DNA from: Ruthenibacterium sp.
GTDB taxonomy: Bacteria; Bacillota; Clostridia; Oscillospirales; Ruminococcaceae
Assembly (NCBI GenBank): GCA_020025255.1
Contig: JAHHSK010000001.1
Span: 98-64,097 of the forward strand
Direction of reading: 5' to 3'
Length of the DNA stretch: 64,000 nucleotides
Shown here: positions 42,025-52,820 of the stretch, piece after piece
Layout: the number at the start of each line of letters is the position of its first letter
How positions within the stretch are numbered: the first letter of the stretch is position 1
Notes under the pieces: generated by a model
Seen by the model: the letters and a program-made list of their open reading frames with translations, nothing else
What the model was told of the DNA's origin: nothing
The model's database searches: none
Program-made: the position numbers and the translations under genes

Positions 42025-44187
42025 TTACTGTGCCGCCTGCTCTTTGGGCTGTTTCATCGTAAGGGAAATGCGTTTTTTGGATACATCCACATTCAGTACC
42101 CACACGGTAACAATGTCCCCCACCTTCAGCACCTCGCTTGGGTGGCGTATATAACGGCTGCTGATCTGGCTGATATGCACAAGGCCGTCCTGATGCACAC
42201 CGATATCCACAAATGCGCCGAAATCAATGACGTTGCGCACGGTGCCGGTCAGCTGCATGCCGGGCTTCAAATCCTTCATATCCATAACATCGGTGCGCAG
42301 CAGCGGCTTGGGCAGGCTGTCGCGCATATCACGCCCCGGACGCAGCAGTTCTTCCACCATATCGCGCAGCGTCGGCACCCCGATGCCCAGCTGTTCGGCA
42401 ATCTGTTTTTCTCCCAGCTGCGCCGTCTTTTCCTTGAGTATTTCAGCCCGCGGGGTTCCGATTTCTTCCGCTTTCAGGCCGCACAGTTCCAGCAGCTGCT
42501 GTGCCGCCGCATAGCTTTCCGGGTGGACTGCCGTGGCATCCAACGGATTTTTTGCGCCCGGCACCCGCAGGAAGCCCGCACACTGTTCAAACGCCTTGGG
42601 GCCGAGCTTCGGCACCTTCAGAAGTTCTTTTCTTGTTTTGAACTCGCCCGTTTCTTCGCGATACTTCACAATGTTCTTTGCCGTTGCCGCCGTCAGCCCT
42701 GCCACGCGGTGCAGCAGCGGCGCGCTGGCAGTGTTCAGATCGACCCCCACGGTATTGACGCAGTATTCTACCACGCCGTCCAAAGCTTCGGAAAGCTGTG
42801 CCGCGGGCATATCATGCTGATATTGTCCAACGCCCACCGCTTTGGGGTCGATTTTAACCAGCTCCGCCAAGGGATCCTGCAGCCTGCGTGCGATCGATAT
42901 GGCGCTGCGCAGGTTGACGTCATATTCCGGGAATTCCTCTGCCGCAAGCTTGGATGCCGAATAGACGCTTGCACCCGCTTCGCTGACAACCATATAGCTG
43001 ACAGGGCATTGCAGCTCTGCTATGACCTGCGCGGCGAAAATTTCCGTTTCTTTCCCGGCTGTACCGTTGCCGATTGCAATGATTTCCACGCCATGCTTTT
43101 GGATCAGCTCTTTCAGCTTGCGCTTTGCCTCATCCACCCGTTTGAATTCCGGCACCGGATAGATCACCGCCGTATCAAGCACCTTGCCGGTTGCATCCAC
43201 AACCGCCGTTTTGCATCCCATGCGATATCCGGGGTCAAGCCCAAGCGCCACCTTGCCTTTGATCGGCGGCTGAAGCAGAAGCTGCTGCAGATTTTTGCTG
43301 AATACTGCAATCGCTCCTTCGCAGGCCTTTCCCGTCAGCTCCGCGCGAACCTCCCGTTCAAGGCTCGGGTGGATAAGACGGCTGTACGCATCCTCTGCCG
43401 CCATGCGCACCTGCTGTGCGGCAAGGGAATTGTTTTTTATGTGCCGATCTGTGATACGCTTTACCGCCGGCTCCGGCTCGACTGAAACCGAAACTTTTAA
43501 AAAGCCTTCCCGCTCACCGCGGTCGAGTGCCAGGATGCGATGACCTGCAATTTTCGATATCGGCTCTGAATATTCATAATAGCCCTCGTAAACACTTTCG
43601 GCTTCTTTTTTTGCCGCGCGGCTCTCCAAAACCGCATTTTTCCAGTAAAACGCACGCAGCACGGTGCGCAATTCCGCTTCATCGGAAAAATTCTCGGCCA
43701 AAATATCGCGCGCCCCTTGCAGCGCTGCTTTTTCGTCCGCAATTTCCGGTCCAAGATATTCCCTTGCCAGCATTTCGGGGTCATCCCCTGTTTTCTGCTG
43801 CATCAAACGATCGGCCAAAGGCTCCAGCCCGCGTGCGCGTGCGATCGAAGCTCTTGTTTTCCGCTTCGGCTTGAATGGCCGGTAAATATCCTCCACTTGT
43901 GCAAGCGTTTGCGCCTTTGCAAGTGCCTGTTCGATTTCCTGTGTCATCTTCCCCTGCTCCGTAATGGAATGGATGACCGTTTCCTTCTGGTCATCCAGCT
44001 TGCGCAGGTAGGAAAGCCGCTCGTCCAGCGCCCGCAGCATTTGGTCATCCATGCTACCTGTAACCTCTTTGCGGTATCGGGCAATAAACGGGATCGTATT
44101 TCCTTCATCGATCAAGGCAATCGTATCCTCAACACGTTTTTCATTCAATTTAAATTCAGCAGCAAGCTCGCTTGCATGATTTTTCAT
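42025..44187 (-). CDS. tex: Tex family RNA-binding transcriptional accessory protein
   Basis: TIPFIARYRKE, LDPGYRMGCK, EAGASVYSAS, GVGQYQHD, C-terminal S1 domain. Confidence 0.95.
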   Translation of the reverse strand: MKNHASELAAEFKLNEKRVEDTIALIDEGNTIPFIARYRKEVTGSMDDQMLRALDERLSYLRKLDDQKETVIHSITEQGKMTQEIEQALAKAQTLAQVEDIYRPFKPKRKTRASIARARGLEPLADRLMQQKTGDDPEMLAREYLGPEIADEKAALQGARDILAENFSDEAELRTVLRAFYWKNAVLESRAAKKEAESVYEGYYEYSEPISKIAGHRILALDRGEREGFLKVSVSVEPEPAVKRITDRHIKNNSLAAQQVRMAAEDAYSRLIHPSLEREVRAELTGKACEGAIAVFSKNLQQLLLQPPIKGKVALGLDPGYRMGCKTAVVDATGKVLDTAVIYPVPEFKRVDEAKRKLKELIQKHGVEIIAIGNGTAGKETEIFAAQVIAELQCPVSYMVVSEAGASVYSASKLAAEEFPEYDVNLRSAISIARRLQDPLAELVKIDPKAVGVGQYQHDMPAAQLSEALDGVVEYCVNTVGVDLNTASAPLLHRVAGLTAATAKNIVKYREETGEFKTRKELLKVPKLGPKAFEQCAGFLRVPGAKNPLDATAVHPESYAAAQQLLELCGLKAEEIGTPRAEILKEKTAQLGEKQIAEQLGIGVPTLRDMVEELLRPGRDMRDSLPKPLLRTDVMDMKDLKPGMQLTGTVRNVIDFGAFVDIGVHQDGLVHISQISSRYIRHPSEVLKVGDIVTVWVLNVDVSKKRISLTMKQPKEQAAQ

Positions 44188-44248
44188 TTTCCGTCACTCC
44201 TGTATTTTACTAATGCTCCCTATAAGCCGGAACATCCGATGCGTTTTT

Positions 44249-46672
44249 CTATTGCAGTCTGCCTGCTGTGCGTTTCTTTTTTCGGTAAAGTACGGAACCT
44301 GCATAAGCAGCCCACACGAATACAGCGCACAGCGTAATGTTCTTTGAGGCTGCAAAGCCCGGTGTCTCATAAGAAAAAACGATCGTATTTTCACCCGCCG
44401 GACACAGCACCGCGCTCAATCCACCATTCACACGCTCGATTTCCACAGGCTTACCGTTTACCTGCGCGGTAAAGCCTTCATCGAACGGCACGGAGAAAAA
44501 CACAAGGTTTTCGCGCGGGAGCGTGATCTTCGCTGTGAAACCGGTTCCATCCGCTTCAAAGCTGTGCGCCGCTGTGCTGCGCCGCTCGTTTGCATCCTGC
44601 ACATACCGCTCATAACCAACGTTCAAATCGGATGTCTGCATCGGTTCCATAAGATGCCCATATTGTTCGATCTGCTGCTGTGTCAGCGCCATGGCGCGCA
44701 TCAGAAGCTGCGAACGCGCTTCTTCCGGGCGTCCCATAAGCGTAAGGGGCGCCGGTGTTTCTGCCGCCGCATCCGTGCTGTGTCCGGTCGGTATGGTATC
44801 CTCTTGCGTCTGTTCCTCTTCCAGCAGGATATATTTCTCGTACGTAAAGCCCATGGGCACATAGTTTTCATTGCGAAAATATGTTATCGCGCCATCGGTA
44901 TGATCCAGCGTGTAGCCGTATTCGCCCCATTTTTCAGCAAATTCTCCGGCCTTATCCGGTTCGACTGCAATATATTCCACGCTCAAAAGGCCGCGCAGTG
45001 CATAAAGCTTCTGTTCCGGCTTGGAGGATACATCGCGCTTCACCCCGACGCGCGGATAAAAATCCATGATCGAAGGCGTAACAACGCTGTTGAAGAAATG
45101 GATACACGGTCTTTGCGCCCAAAGTCCCAGATTATCCTGTGTCTCATATGTGTCGATCCGGTAGAAATGATCCTCCGGCAGTTCGATGTGGCGGGCTGCT
45201 TCATAGCACTGGCTGCGGTAATTTGCATCCCTTTCCCACTGTGGGAATTTCCCAAGCGAGATATGCACTACGGAATAGAATACCGAAAAACCAAGGATCG
45301 CTGCCAGCACAGCGCGCGTGAAGTTCGGTCTGCGGTAGCACTGGTATAGGATCGAAATAAAAATCAGCAGCCCCAGCACAGCCGTAAGATATGTCAGCCA
45401 AAACTGTGCCTGATTCTGCACAACGCCAAAAGTCCATGTATCTTCGTTTTTTTCGGGCACCAGCGCAAATACCGCAAATAAAAGCGTAATGACCATAACC
45501 GGACGCAATCCGGTCATCAGGTCGATTTCCTCATCCTGAAGCGCGCACATCGTAGCCGCGCACATAATCAGGACCGGCATATAATACCACCGCGCATAAT
45601 AGCTGGAATTGAGCGCATAAAACGACGAGTTGAGCACCGGCACAAGCGCCATGATAAGGCACGCCCACAAAAGCTTTGTGAATCCGCTTTTCTGCCGGGT
45701 TTTCATATACGCCCATACGCCCGCACAGCTGACAATCGGCAGATATGCCGTCATGCTGGTGTGCTTGATTACCGCATCTTTGAAAATGTTGGGCAAATAA
45801 GTTGGATCCGGCGGCAGGAACAGCGAAGAAAGGATCGCAAAATACTGCTGCACCCGCCCATACAGCAAAAAGCCAAATCCGCTGGAAAGATCGATCGTGC
45901 GCGGATTATCGGCAAGGCACAGCACGGCAGGCCACAAAAGCAGGCATCCCAGTGCCACGCCAAGCAGCGATTCAAACGCAAGCAGCAGAAAGTTTTTGAT
46001 GCGGATTTTATATTCTCCGGCAGCAAGCATAATAAAAAAGTACAAAAACAGGAATACGATCTGCCCTGCAAAGAAGAAATAGTTATTCAGCAGATTGATC
46101 GCGACCACCAGCGGGAAAATCGCGCGCTGTCCGTCATAGACATAATTATCCAGTGCCCACAGCAAAAACGGGAACAGCGCAACACAATCCACAAAGTGAT
46201 TAAAAAACGTATTGTATACCGTAAACCCCGAAAGCGCATACAGACAGGCGCCGATCACGGCATAATTGCGCGATTTTGCATACCGCGCCAGATACGCATA
46301 GGCTCCCAGCCCTGCGACGCCGAATTTCAGCATAAACATCGGCACCATGGAAAACGGAACCCACGCCTGCGGCAAAAGCACGGTAAGCCAAAAGAAAGGC
46401 GAACCCAGCAGATAGAAGGAGTACCCGTTCACCACAGACGTCCCGAGATCCGTTTCCCAGCTCCACTGCCCCGCACTGTTTTTCACAAATCCATTCATAT
46501 ATGTGTAAAATGGAATCTGCTGACTGTTAAAATCACCGCAATACTGAAAAAGTCCTCGATCTACGATCAAAAAGGGAAGAAAAATAAAGAAGGCCGTTGC
46601 CGCACAAATCAGAAAGGACAGCGCATATCCATTCATCTGTTTGCGGCTGCCGCATTGGGCAAATCGGTTCAT
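44249..46672 (-). CDS. YfhO family membrane protein (GT-C-like)
   Basis: GDFNSQQIPF, FYLLGSPF, many TMs, C-terminal FSVPFDEGF.A.VNGK. Confidence 0.85.
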   Translation of the reverse strand: MNRFAQCGSRKQMNGYALSFLICAATAFFIFLPFLIVDRGLFQYCGDFNSQQIPFYTYMNGFVKNSAGQWSWETDLGTSVVNGYSFYLLGSPFFWLTVLLPQAWVPFSMVPMFMLKFGVAGLGAYAYLARYAKSRNYAVIGACLYALSGFTVYNTFFNHFVDCVALFPFLLWALDNYVYDGQRAIFPLVVAINLLNNYFFFAGQIVFLFLYFFIMLAAGEYKIRIKNFLLLAFESLLGVALGCLLLWPAVLCLADNPRTIDLSSGFGFLLYGRVQQYFAILSSLFLPPDPTYLPNIFKDAVIKHTSMTAYLPIVSCAGVWAYMKTRQKSGFTKLLWACLIMALVPVLNSSFYALNSSYYARWYYMPVLIMCAATMCALQDEEIDLMTGLRPVMVITLLFAVFALVPEKNEDTWTFGVVQNQAQFWLTYLTAVLGLLIFISILYQCYRRPNFTRAVLAAILGFSVFYSVVHISLGKFPQWERDANYRSQCYEAARHIELPEDHFYRIDTYETQDNLGLWAQRPCIHFFNSVVTPSIMDFYPRVGVKRDVSSKPEQKLYALRGLLSVEYIAVEPDKAGEFAEKWGEYGYTLDHTDGAITYFRNENYVPMGFTYEKYILLEEEQTQEDTIPTGHSTDAAAETPAPLTLMGRPEEARSQLLMRAMALTQQQIEQYGHLMEPMQTSDLNVGYERYVQDANERRSTAAHSFEADGTGFTAKITLPRENLVFFSVPFDEGFTAQVNGKPVEIERVNGGLSAVLCPAGENTIVFSYETPGFAASKNITLCAVFVWAAYAGSVLYRKKKRTAGRLQ

Positions 46673-46838
46673 GACGTGATCCTCCTGTTATAAATTTTTC
46701 GATGCCGCTGCTGCATAAAGCAAGGCTCATTGCCAATCGGAATCGCCTTATGGAATGGTGCCTGCTGTACAAAAGGCAATCGTTTTTTCGTTGCTGCTGC
46801 AAAGCCGGATCGTTCCGGTTCGGCACAGCCAAAGCAGT

Positions 46839-47828
46839 TCACTGCCCGCTTTGCAGCTCCCATGCATGTTCTATTACCGCGTCCAGATCCGTGAAATACC
46901 TCATCCCGCAGCATTCCCTGCGCAGGGATGCCGCCCCGCGCAGCCCGTGCATATACCATGCGGCGTGTCCGCGTGCCTGCTGCATCGCAACCCATTCGCC
47001 TTTTTCCTCGCACATGGAATAGATGTGCTCTTTCAGCACGCGAAAGCGTTCTGCAAGAGTGGGCGGGGCGGGAATCGGCCTGCCTTGCAGCGCGGCGGCG
47101 ATCTGTTCAAACAGCCATGGGTTGCCCATAGCTCCGCGCCCGACCGCAACCCCGTCACAGCCGGTATCGGCGATCAGCCTCACTGCATCTTCGGCCGTTA
47201 CCACATCCCCGTTTGCCAGCACGGGAATCGAAACGCCCGCTTTGATCTTTGCGATTTCATCCGTGTGGATGCCCGGATTATACATTTCCTGCCGCGTGCG
47301 TCCATGCACCGTCAGCATGGCAATGCCGGCATCCTCGCACCGCTTTGCCGTTTGCACCCCCGTCATGGTGTCGTCATCCCAGCCGATCCTCAACTTGACC
47401 GTGACGGGGATCTGTGCGGGCACGGCATCGCGCACCGCCTGTGCCACTGCGCCGGCAAGCGGCGGGTTCTTCAAAAGCGCACTGCCTGCACCGGAACCCA
47501 CGATTTTCGGCGCGGGACATCCCATGTTGATATCGATAAAATCAAACGGCGTTTTGCTGCGCATTTCGCAGATGATCTGCGCCGCCTGTGCCATAACCTG
47601 CGGCTCTGCACCAAACAGCTGTACGCCGAACGGCGCGCTGCCGCCCCCGCCCGCCATGAGACGCGGGCTTTTTTTATCCCCCATAGTCAGTGCCTTGGCA
47701 CTGACCATTTCGCTGACGGTGCACACCGCACCGTGCTGTGCACAGATACGCCGCATGGTCGCATCCGTAGCCCCCGCCATAGGCGCAAGTGCCGCCCCTG
47801 TGCAAAGTTTCAAATTTCCAATCTGCAT
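46839..47828 (-). CDS. dusB: tRNA-dihydrouridine synthase B
   Basis: LAPMAG.TD, VQLFG, DINMGCP, VHGRTR, NGDV, GRGAMGNPW; start placed at ATG 47828. Confidence 0.9.
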   Translation of the reverse strand: MQIGNLKLCTGAALAPMAGATDATMRRICAQHGAVCTVSEMVSAKALTMGDKKSPRLMAGGGGSAPFGVQLFGAEPQVMAQAAQIICEMRSKTPFDFIDINMGCPAPKIVGSGAGSALLKNPPLAGAVAQAVRDAVPAQIPVTVKLRIGWDDDTMTGVQTAKRCEDAGIAMLTVHGRTRQEMYNPGIHTDEIAKIKAGVSIPVLANGDVVTAEDAVRLIADTGCDGVAVGRGAMGNPWLFEQIAAALQGRPIPAPPTLAERFRVLKEHIYSMCEEKGEWVAMQQARGHAAWYMHGLRGAASLRRECCGMRYFTDLDAVIEHAWELQSGQ

Positions 47829-47995
47829 ACAAAACCTGCTTTTCTTTCGGATTCCAACCGGCGGAATATCCCTTTTCAGCCCTTGCGCTGGATCGGTTTC
47901 CGCAGGCGATATTGATAATATTGTACCATAAACACGAAAAATATGGTATACTAACAGCATACGTTTTATATTCGAATTTACGGAGGAGATCCTTT

Positions 47996-50527
47996 TTGAA
48001 ACTGCTAGTACTGGACGGCAACAGCATTGTAAACCGCGCGTTTTACGGCATCAAAGTTCTTACAACGAAAGATGGCCGTTTCACCAATGCCATTGTCGGA
48101 TTTATGAACATCCTCTTAAAACTGGAAAGTGAAGAAAAACCCGATGAGGTCGCTATTGCTTTCGACCTGAAAGCGCCCACCTTCCGCCACAAGATGTACC
48201 ATGGCTATAAGGCGCAGCGCAAGGGCATGCCCGAAGAATTGGCAGCGCAGATGCCGATTTTGAAAGAGCTGCTTGGGGATCTTGGCTACCAAATGGTGAC
48301 ATGCGAAGGCTTTGAGGCCGACGACATCCTCGGCACGCTGTCCGGTGCGTGCGATGCACGCGGCGATGAATGTGTGATCGCTACCGGTGACCGCGATAGT
48401 CTGCAGCTGGTTTCATCCCACACCCGCGTACTGCTCGCAGGCACTAAAATGGGAAAAAGCGTCACTACGCTTATGGACCTGGACGCCGTGCAGGAAAAAT
48501 ACGGCGTATCCCCGCAAAGCCTGATCGATGTAAAAAGCCTTATGGGCGACCCTTCCGATAATATTCCGGGCGTCGCGGGGATCGGGGAAAAGACGGCGCT
48601 TTCCCTGATCCAGCAATTCGGGACCCTTTCCGGCGTTTACGAAAACATCGATGACGCCCGCATCAAAAAAGGGGTGCGCGAAAAGCTGGTGCGCGATAAA
48701 GAAAACGCGGAAATGAGCCGCATCCTTGCGCAAATCGTCCGCAATGCGCCGATCCAGACTGCGGCCGGCAGTTACCGCAAGCAAGCCCCCGATGCCGATG
48801 CCTGCCGGTGCCTGTTATCGGAATTGGAAATGTTCTCTATTCTGGAAAAGCTTCACTTGCAAGAATCCGCACCCGAACAGCTGGGCTTTTCGGATGTACC
48901 GGATCTTCCTTCGGTGACGGTACAGCCGCTGGCACAGTGCAGCAAAACGGTGTTCCTCTATGCGGAAAACGATCAGATGCTGGTGGTGCAGGGCCGGGCT
49001 GTATTTGCAGCACCCATGGATTCCGAAGCGCTGCTTGCACTTTTGTGTGATCCGAGTGTGGAAAAGCGCTGTTTTGATGCAAAGCCGCTGTACCGCATGT
49101 GCTTTGCCCACAATGCCCAAGCGCAGAACATCACATTTGATGCAAAGCTTGCCGCCTATCTGCTCAACCCTGCCGCGTCGGATTATACGGTATCCCGGCT
49201 TGCCGCGGAATACAGCATACACCCCGCTTTTGCGTGTGAATACCCGCAGGCTGCACTCATTGAAGAATTGTGCGGCGTTCTGCGCAGTGAATGCGATCGG
49301 AACGAAATGGGAAAATTGCTCGATGAGATCGAATTCCCGCTCTGCGAAGTGCTCGCCAGTATGGAGCACACCGGTGTTCTGGTCGACAAAAAAGGCATCG
49401 AGGATTTCGGCGCAGAGCTGCAAGCCGCCATTCACGAGGAGCTTTCTGCCATTTATGCCGAAGTCGGCTATGAATTCAACGTAAACAGCCCCAAACAGCT
49501 CGGCCACGTTCTGTTTGAAGACTTGGGGCTTCCCGTGCGCAAAAAAACCAAAAGCGGGTATTCCACCAATGCCGAAACGCTGGAAAGCCTGCGCAATTAT
49601 TCCCCCGTCATCGGTCATATCCTGCTATACCGCACCTATCAAAAGCTGAATTCCACCTATGTGGAAGGGCTTTTGAAGGTGATTGGCAAGGACAGCCGCA
49701 TTCATTCCACCTTTAACCAGACTGAAACCCGGACAGGGCGCATCTCTTCGGGTGAACCGAATCTGCAAAATATTCCGGTGCGCACGGAACTGGGCAGCCG
49801 GTTCCGCCGCTATTTTATTGCGCCGGAACATGCCACACTGCTGGACGCGGATTACAGTCAGATCGAACTGCGCCTGCTGGCACACATCTCCGGTGATGAA
49901 GCCATGTGTGAAGCGTTCCGGACCGGTGCGGATATCCACCGCAGCACCGCCGCCAAAATTTATGGGCTTGCGCCGGAGGATGTCACCGCTTCGCTTCGTT
50001 CCTCGGCCAAGGCCGTAAACTTCGGCATTGTTTACGGCATCGGCGCATTCAGCCTTTCCAAAGATCTTGGGGTCAGCGTCAAAGAGGCGGATGCTTTTAT
50101 CAAGCACTATTTTGAAAAATTCCCCGGTGTCAAGCAATATCTGGATACAACGGTCGAAGACGGCCGCCGCAACGGCTTTGTCACCACATTGTACGGACGC
50201 CGCCGGATGCTGCCGGAGCTTTCGAGCAGCAATTTCAATGTGCGCAGCCTGGGGGAACGCATGGCAATGAACACCCCGATCCAAGGCACTGCCGCCGATA
50301 TCATCAAGCTTGCTATGGTGCGTGTATACCAGCGTCTGAAAAAGGAAGGCCTGCGCGCAAAACTCGTCCTGCAGGTGCACGATGAACTGATTGTGGAATG
50401 CCCCGAGGACGAAAAGGAAGCCGCCGCCGCGATCTTGGGCGAAGAGATGCAGCACGCTGCCGAGCTTTCCGTTCCGCTGACAGCGGATGTCAACAGCGGC
50501 AGCTCGTGGTATATTGCCAAAGGCTGA
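47996..50527 (+). CDS. polA: DNA polymerase I
   Basis: LDGNS...RAFY, EADD, GDPSDNIPGV, TGRISS.EPNLQNIP, DYSQIELR, LQVHDEL; TTG start after GGAGG. Confidence 0.97.
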   Translation: MKLLVLDGNSIVNRAFYGIKVLTTKDGRFTNAIVGFMNILLKLESEEKPDEVAIAFDLKAPTFRHKMYHGYKAQRKGMPEELAAQMPILKELLGDLGYQMVTCEGFEADDILGTLSGACDARGDECVIATGDRDSLQLVSSHTRVLLAGTKMGKSVTTLMDLDAVQEKYGVSPQSLIDVKSLMGDPSDNIPGVAGIGEKTALSLIQQFGTLSGVYENIDDARIKKGVREKLVRDKENAEMSRILAQIVRNAPIQTAAGSYRKQAPDADACRCLLSELEMFSILEKLHLQESAPEQLGFSDVPDLPSVTVQPLAQCSKTVFLYAENDQMLVVQGRAVFAAPMDSEALLALLCDPSVEKRCFDAKPLYRMCFAHNAQAQNITFDAKLAAYLLNPAASDYTVSRLAAEYSIHPAFACEYPQAALIEELCGVLRSECDRNEMGKLLDEIEFPLCEVLASMEHTGVLVDKKGIEDFGAELQAAIHEELSAIYAEVGYEFNVNSPKQLGHVLFEDLGLPVRKKTKSGYSTNAETLESLRNYSPVIGHILLYRTYQKLNSTYVEGLLKVIGKDSRIHSTFNQTETRTGRISSGEPNLQNIPVRTELGSRFRRYFIAPEHATLLDADYSQIELRLLAHISGDEAMCEAFRTGADIHRSTAAKIYGLAPEDVTASLRSSAKAVNFGIVYGIGAFSLSKDLGVSVKEADAFIKHYFEKFPGVKQYLDTTVEDGRRNGFVTTLYGRRRMLPELSSSNFNVRSLGERMAMNTPIQGTAADIIKLAMVRVYQRLKKEGLRAKLVLQVHDELIVECPEDEKEAAAAILGEEMQHAAELSVPLTADVNSGSSWYIAKG

Positions 50528-50561
50528 TTTCGGCTTCATTTTCAGAAAGAGGGATTATTCC

Positions 50562-51011
50562 ATGGCTACACATGCATTTTTCTGCCGCCCGATGCGCCCC
50601 GAAGACCTTGCCCCTTGTGCCGCGATCGAAGCCGGTGTGCCGGACGGCTGGAGCGAGCGTGCGATTTCCTGCGAGCTTTCGCAGGAGATCTCACGGCTTT
50701 TTGTCGCACAAACCGAGGAAGGTGCGATTGCCGCTCTTGCGATCTTTCAGCTTGTGTGCGGCGAAGCGAGCCTGTGTGCTGTCAGCACCGCGCCATCCAT
50801 GCGCCGCCAGGGCGCAGCCGAGCAGCTTCTTTCTGCTGCGTTTTCCGCGCTTTTCGCACAAGGTGCACAGACGGTCTTTCTGGAAGTGCGCTCGCACAAC
50901 ACTGCGGCACGCGCACTGTACCGCAAGCTCGGCTTTGAAGAGATCGGTCTGCGGCGCAATTTTTATCAAAACCCCGCCGACGATGCCATTCTGATGAGCA
51001 AGCCGCTTTGA
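50562..51011 (+). CDS. rimI: Ribosomal-protein-alanine N-acetyltransferase
   Basis: RRQGAA, FLEVRSHN..A..LY.KLGF, RRNFYQNP.DDA. Confidence 0.85.
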   Translation: MATHAFFCRPMRPEDLAPCAAIEAGVPDGWSERAISCELSQEISRLFVAQTEEGAIAALAIFQLVCGEASLCAVSTAPSMRRQGAAEQLLSAAFSALFAQGAQTVFLEVRSHNTAARALYRKLGFEEIGLRRNFYQNPADDAILMSKPL

Positions 51012-51030
51012 CAAAGAAAGGATTTTCCCT

Positions 51031-51483
51031 ATGCTAAAAGTCTTGAAAACACTCGGGATCCTCTATCTCATTCTGGGGGGCTGCCTGCTTTTTGCTCAAC
51101 TTCTTGCGTTTTCTGCCCGTCTGGTTCTGTTCCCCATGGGTTTTATCTTTCTTCTCGGCGGCGCGGTTTGTCTGCTTTACCGGGCATATCGAATACGCCG
51201 GGCACAGCGTCTGAAGGTCGGGGGCGTTTGCATCACAGCCCGCGTCATCCGGTTTTGCCGTGACAGAATGTTCCGTATGAACGGTCGTTATCCGCATTAT
51301 CTTTTATGCGAAGCACAGGATCCGTTCGGTGCGGGCATGCGCACATTTCGTTCCGAAAGCATCTGGATCAAGCTGCCGGATCATTTTGCCGTAAATTCCC
51401 CGGTCACGGTTTATATCGATCCTCAGCATCCGCGGCGTTACTATGTAGATCTGCAAGCCGCGCTGCCCTACCCTGTTTCATGA
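51031..51483 (+). CDS. Hypothetical membrane protein (DUF3592-like)
   Basis: Two N-terminal TMs, then FRSE and V.VYIDP.HP..YYVD. Confidence 0.65.
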   Translation: MLKVLKTLGILYLILGGCLLFAQLLAFSARLVLFPMGFIFLLGGAVCLLYRAYRIRRAQRLKVGGVCITARVIRFCRDRMFRMNGRYPHYLLCEAQDPFGAGMRTFRSESIWIKLPDHFAVNSPVTVYIDPQHPRRYYVDLQAALPYPVS

Positions 51484-51520
51484 TTTTCACGTTCGATTTT
51501 ATCAGTAAGGAAGGAACCGT

Positions 51521-52576
51521 ATGTATATTTTAGGAATCGAATCCAGCTGTGACGATACCTGTGCAGCCGTTGTGCGCGACGGACGGGTACTTATTTCCAA
51601 CTGCATCGCAACCAGCGCAGCCGAACAAAATCTTTACGGTGGTGTTGTACCCGAAATTGCAAGCCGCCGCCATATCGAACATATTTCACAGGTGACGCAA
51701 CGCGCCCTGCGCGAAGCCGGTATAACGCTCAACGAAATCGATGCGGTTGCCGCCACCTTTGCACCCGGGCTGATCGGTGCTGTGCTTGTGGGGCTGAATT
51801 TTGCCAAAGGGCTTGCTTTTTCTGCGGAAAAGCCCCTGATTCCGGTACATCATCTGCGCGGACATATCGCTGCATTGTATCTGACGCACCCGGAACTGAA
51901 GCCGCCGTTCCTGTGCCTTGTTGCAAGCGGCGGGCACAGCCACATTGTACAAGTAACCGATTATACCCATTTCCGGGTTCTGGGGCGCACGGTGGATGAC
52001 GCTGCCGGTGAAGCCTTTGACAAGGTGGCTCGAACTCTCGGTCTGGGGTACCCCGGCGGGCCTGCTGTCAGCAAAGCCGCCGCCGCGGGGAATCCGCAGG
52101 CTTACCACCTGCCGACACCGCATGTGGAAGGCGCATATAATGTCAGCTTTTCCGGCCTGAAAACCGCTGTGCTGAACCTTGTCAACAAAGCCAAAATGAA
52201 AGGCGAAAGCATTTGTGTCCCCGATATGGCGGCAAGCTTTGAATTCCGTATTACGGATATCCTTGCCGAAAAGCTGCTGCTGGCGGCAAGCGATACCCAG
52301 GCAAAGCAGATCTGCATTGCAGGCGGCGTTGCCGCCAATCGTTCCCTGCGTGAAATACTGCAAAAAGGTGCGCAAAAGCTGGGCGCAAAGCTGTATCTGC
52401 CCGATATCAGCCTTTGCGGCGACAATGCCGCCATGATTGCAGCGCAGGGGTATTACGAATATCAATCCGGCAGCATTGCCGATCTTTCGCTCAATGGGCT
52501 CGCAACCCTTGGGATCGATTACACCAGTGCTTGCGGCTCGGATCCCGCTGCGCAGGCACCCCTTTGCGCCCATTAA
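51521..52576 (+). CDS. tsaD: tRNA N6-threonylcarbamoyltransferase
   Basis: GIESSCDDT, GGVVPEIASRRH, HHLRGH, DDAAGEAFDK, SFSGLKT, DNAAMIA. Confidence 0.95.
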   Translation: MYILGIESSCDDTCAAVVRDGRVLISNCIATSAAEQNLYGGVVPEIASRRHIEHISQVTQRALREAGITLNEIDAVAATFAPGLIGAVLVGLNFAKGLAFSAEKPLIPVHHLRGHIAALYLTHPELKPPFLCLVASGGHSHIVQVTDYTHFRVLGRTVDDAAGEAFDKVARTLGLGYPGGPAVSKAAAAGNPQAYHLPTPHVEGAYNVSFSGLKTAVLNLVNKAKMKGESICVPDMAASFEFRITDILAEKLLLAASDTQAKQICIAGGVAANRSLREILQKGAQKLGAKLYLPDISLCGDNAAMIAAQGYYEYQSGSIADLSLNGLATLGIDYTSACGSDPAAQAPLCAH

Positions 52577-52820
52577 ACTTCCGCATCCGGTTTTGCCGGC
52601 TTTTGCACAAAGCCGGCAAGGAGGGCGCATTCCCTTTTGCCTTTTGCCTTTTTCCTGTTTTGCCGCACACCGCAAACGCACGATCCCCAGCAGGCATTGC
52701 ACAAGCTTCCTTCTTGGGATCGAACGAAATAACCCCTTGCAGCACCTGTAAACTCATACCGGTGCCGCAAGGGGCATTTTTATTTCATTCCAATGGGAAT
52801 CGATATGCGATAAACTCCCG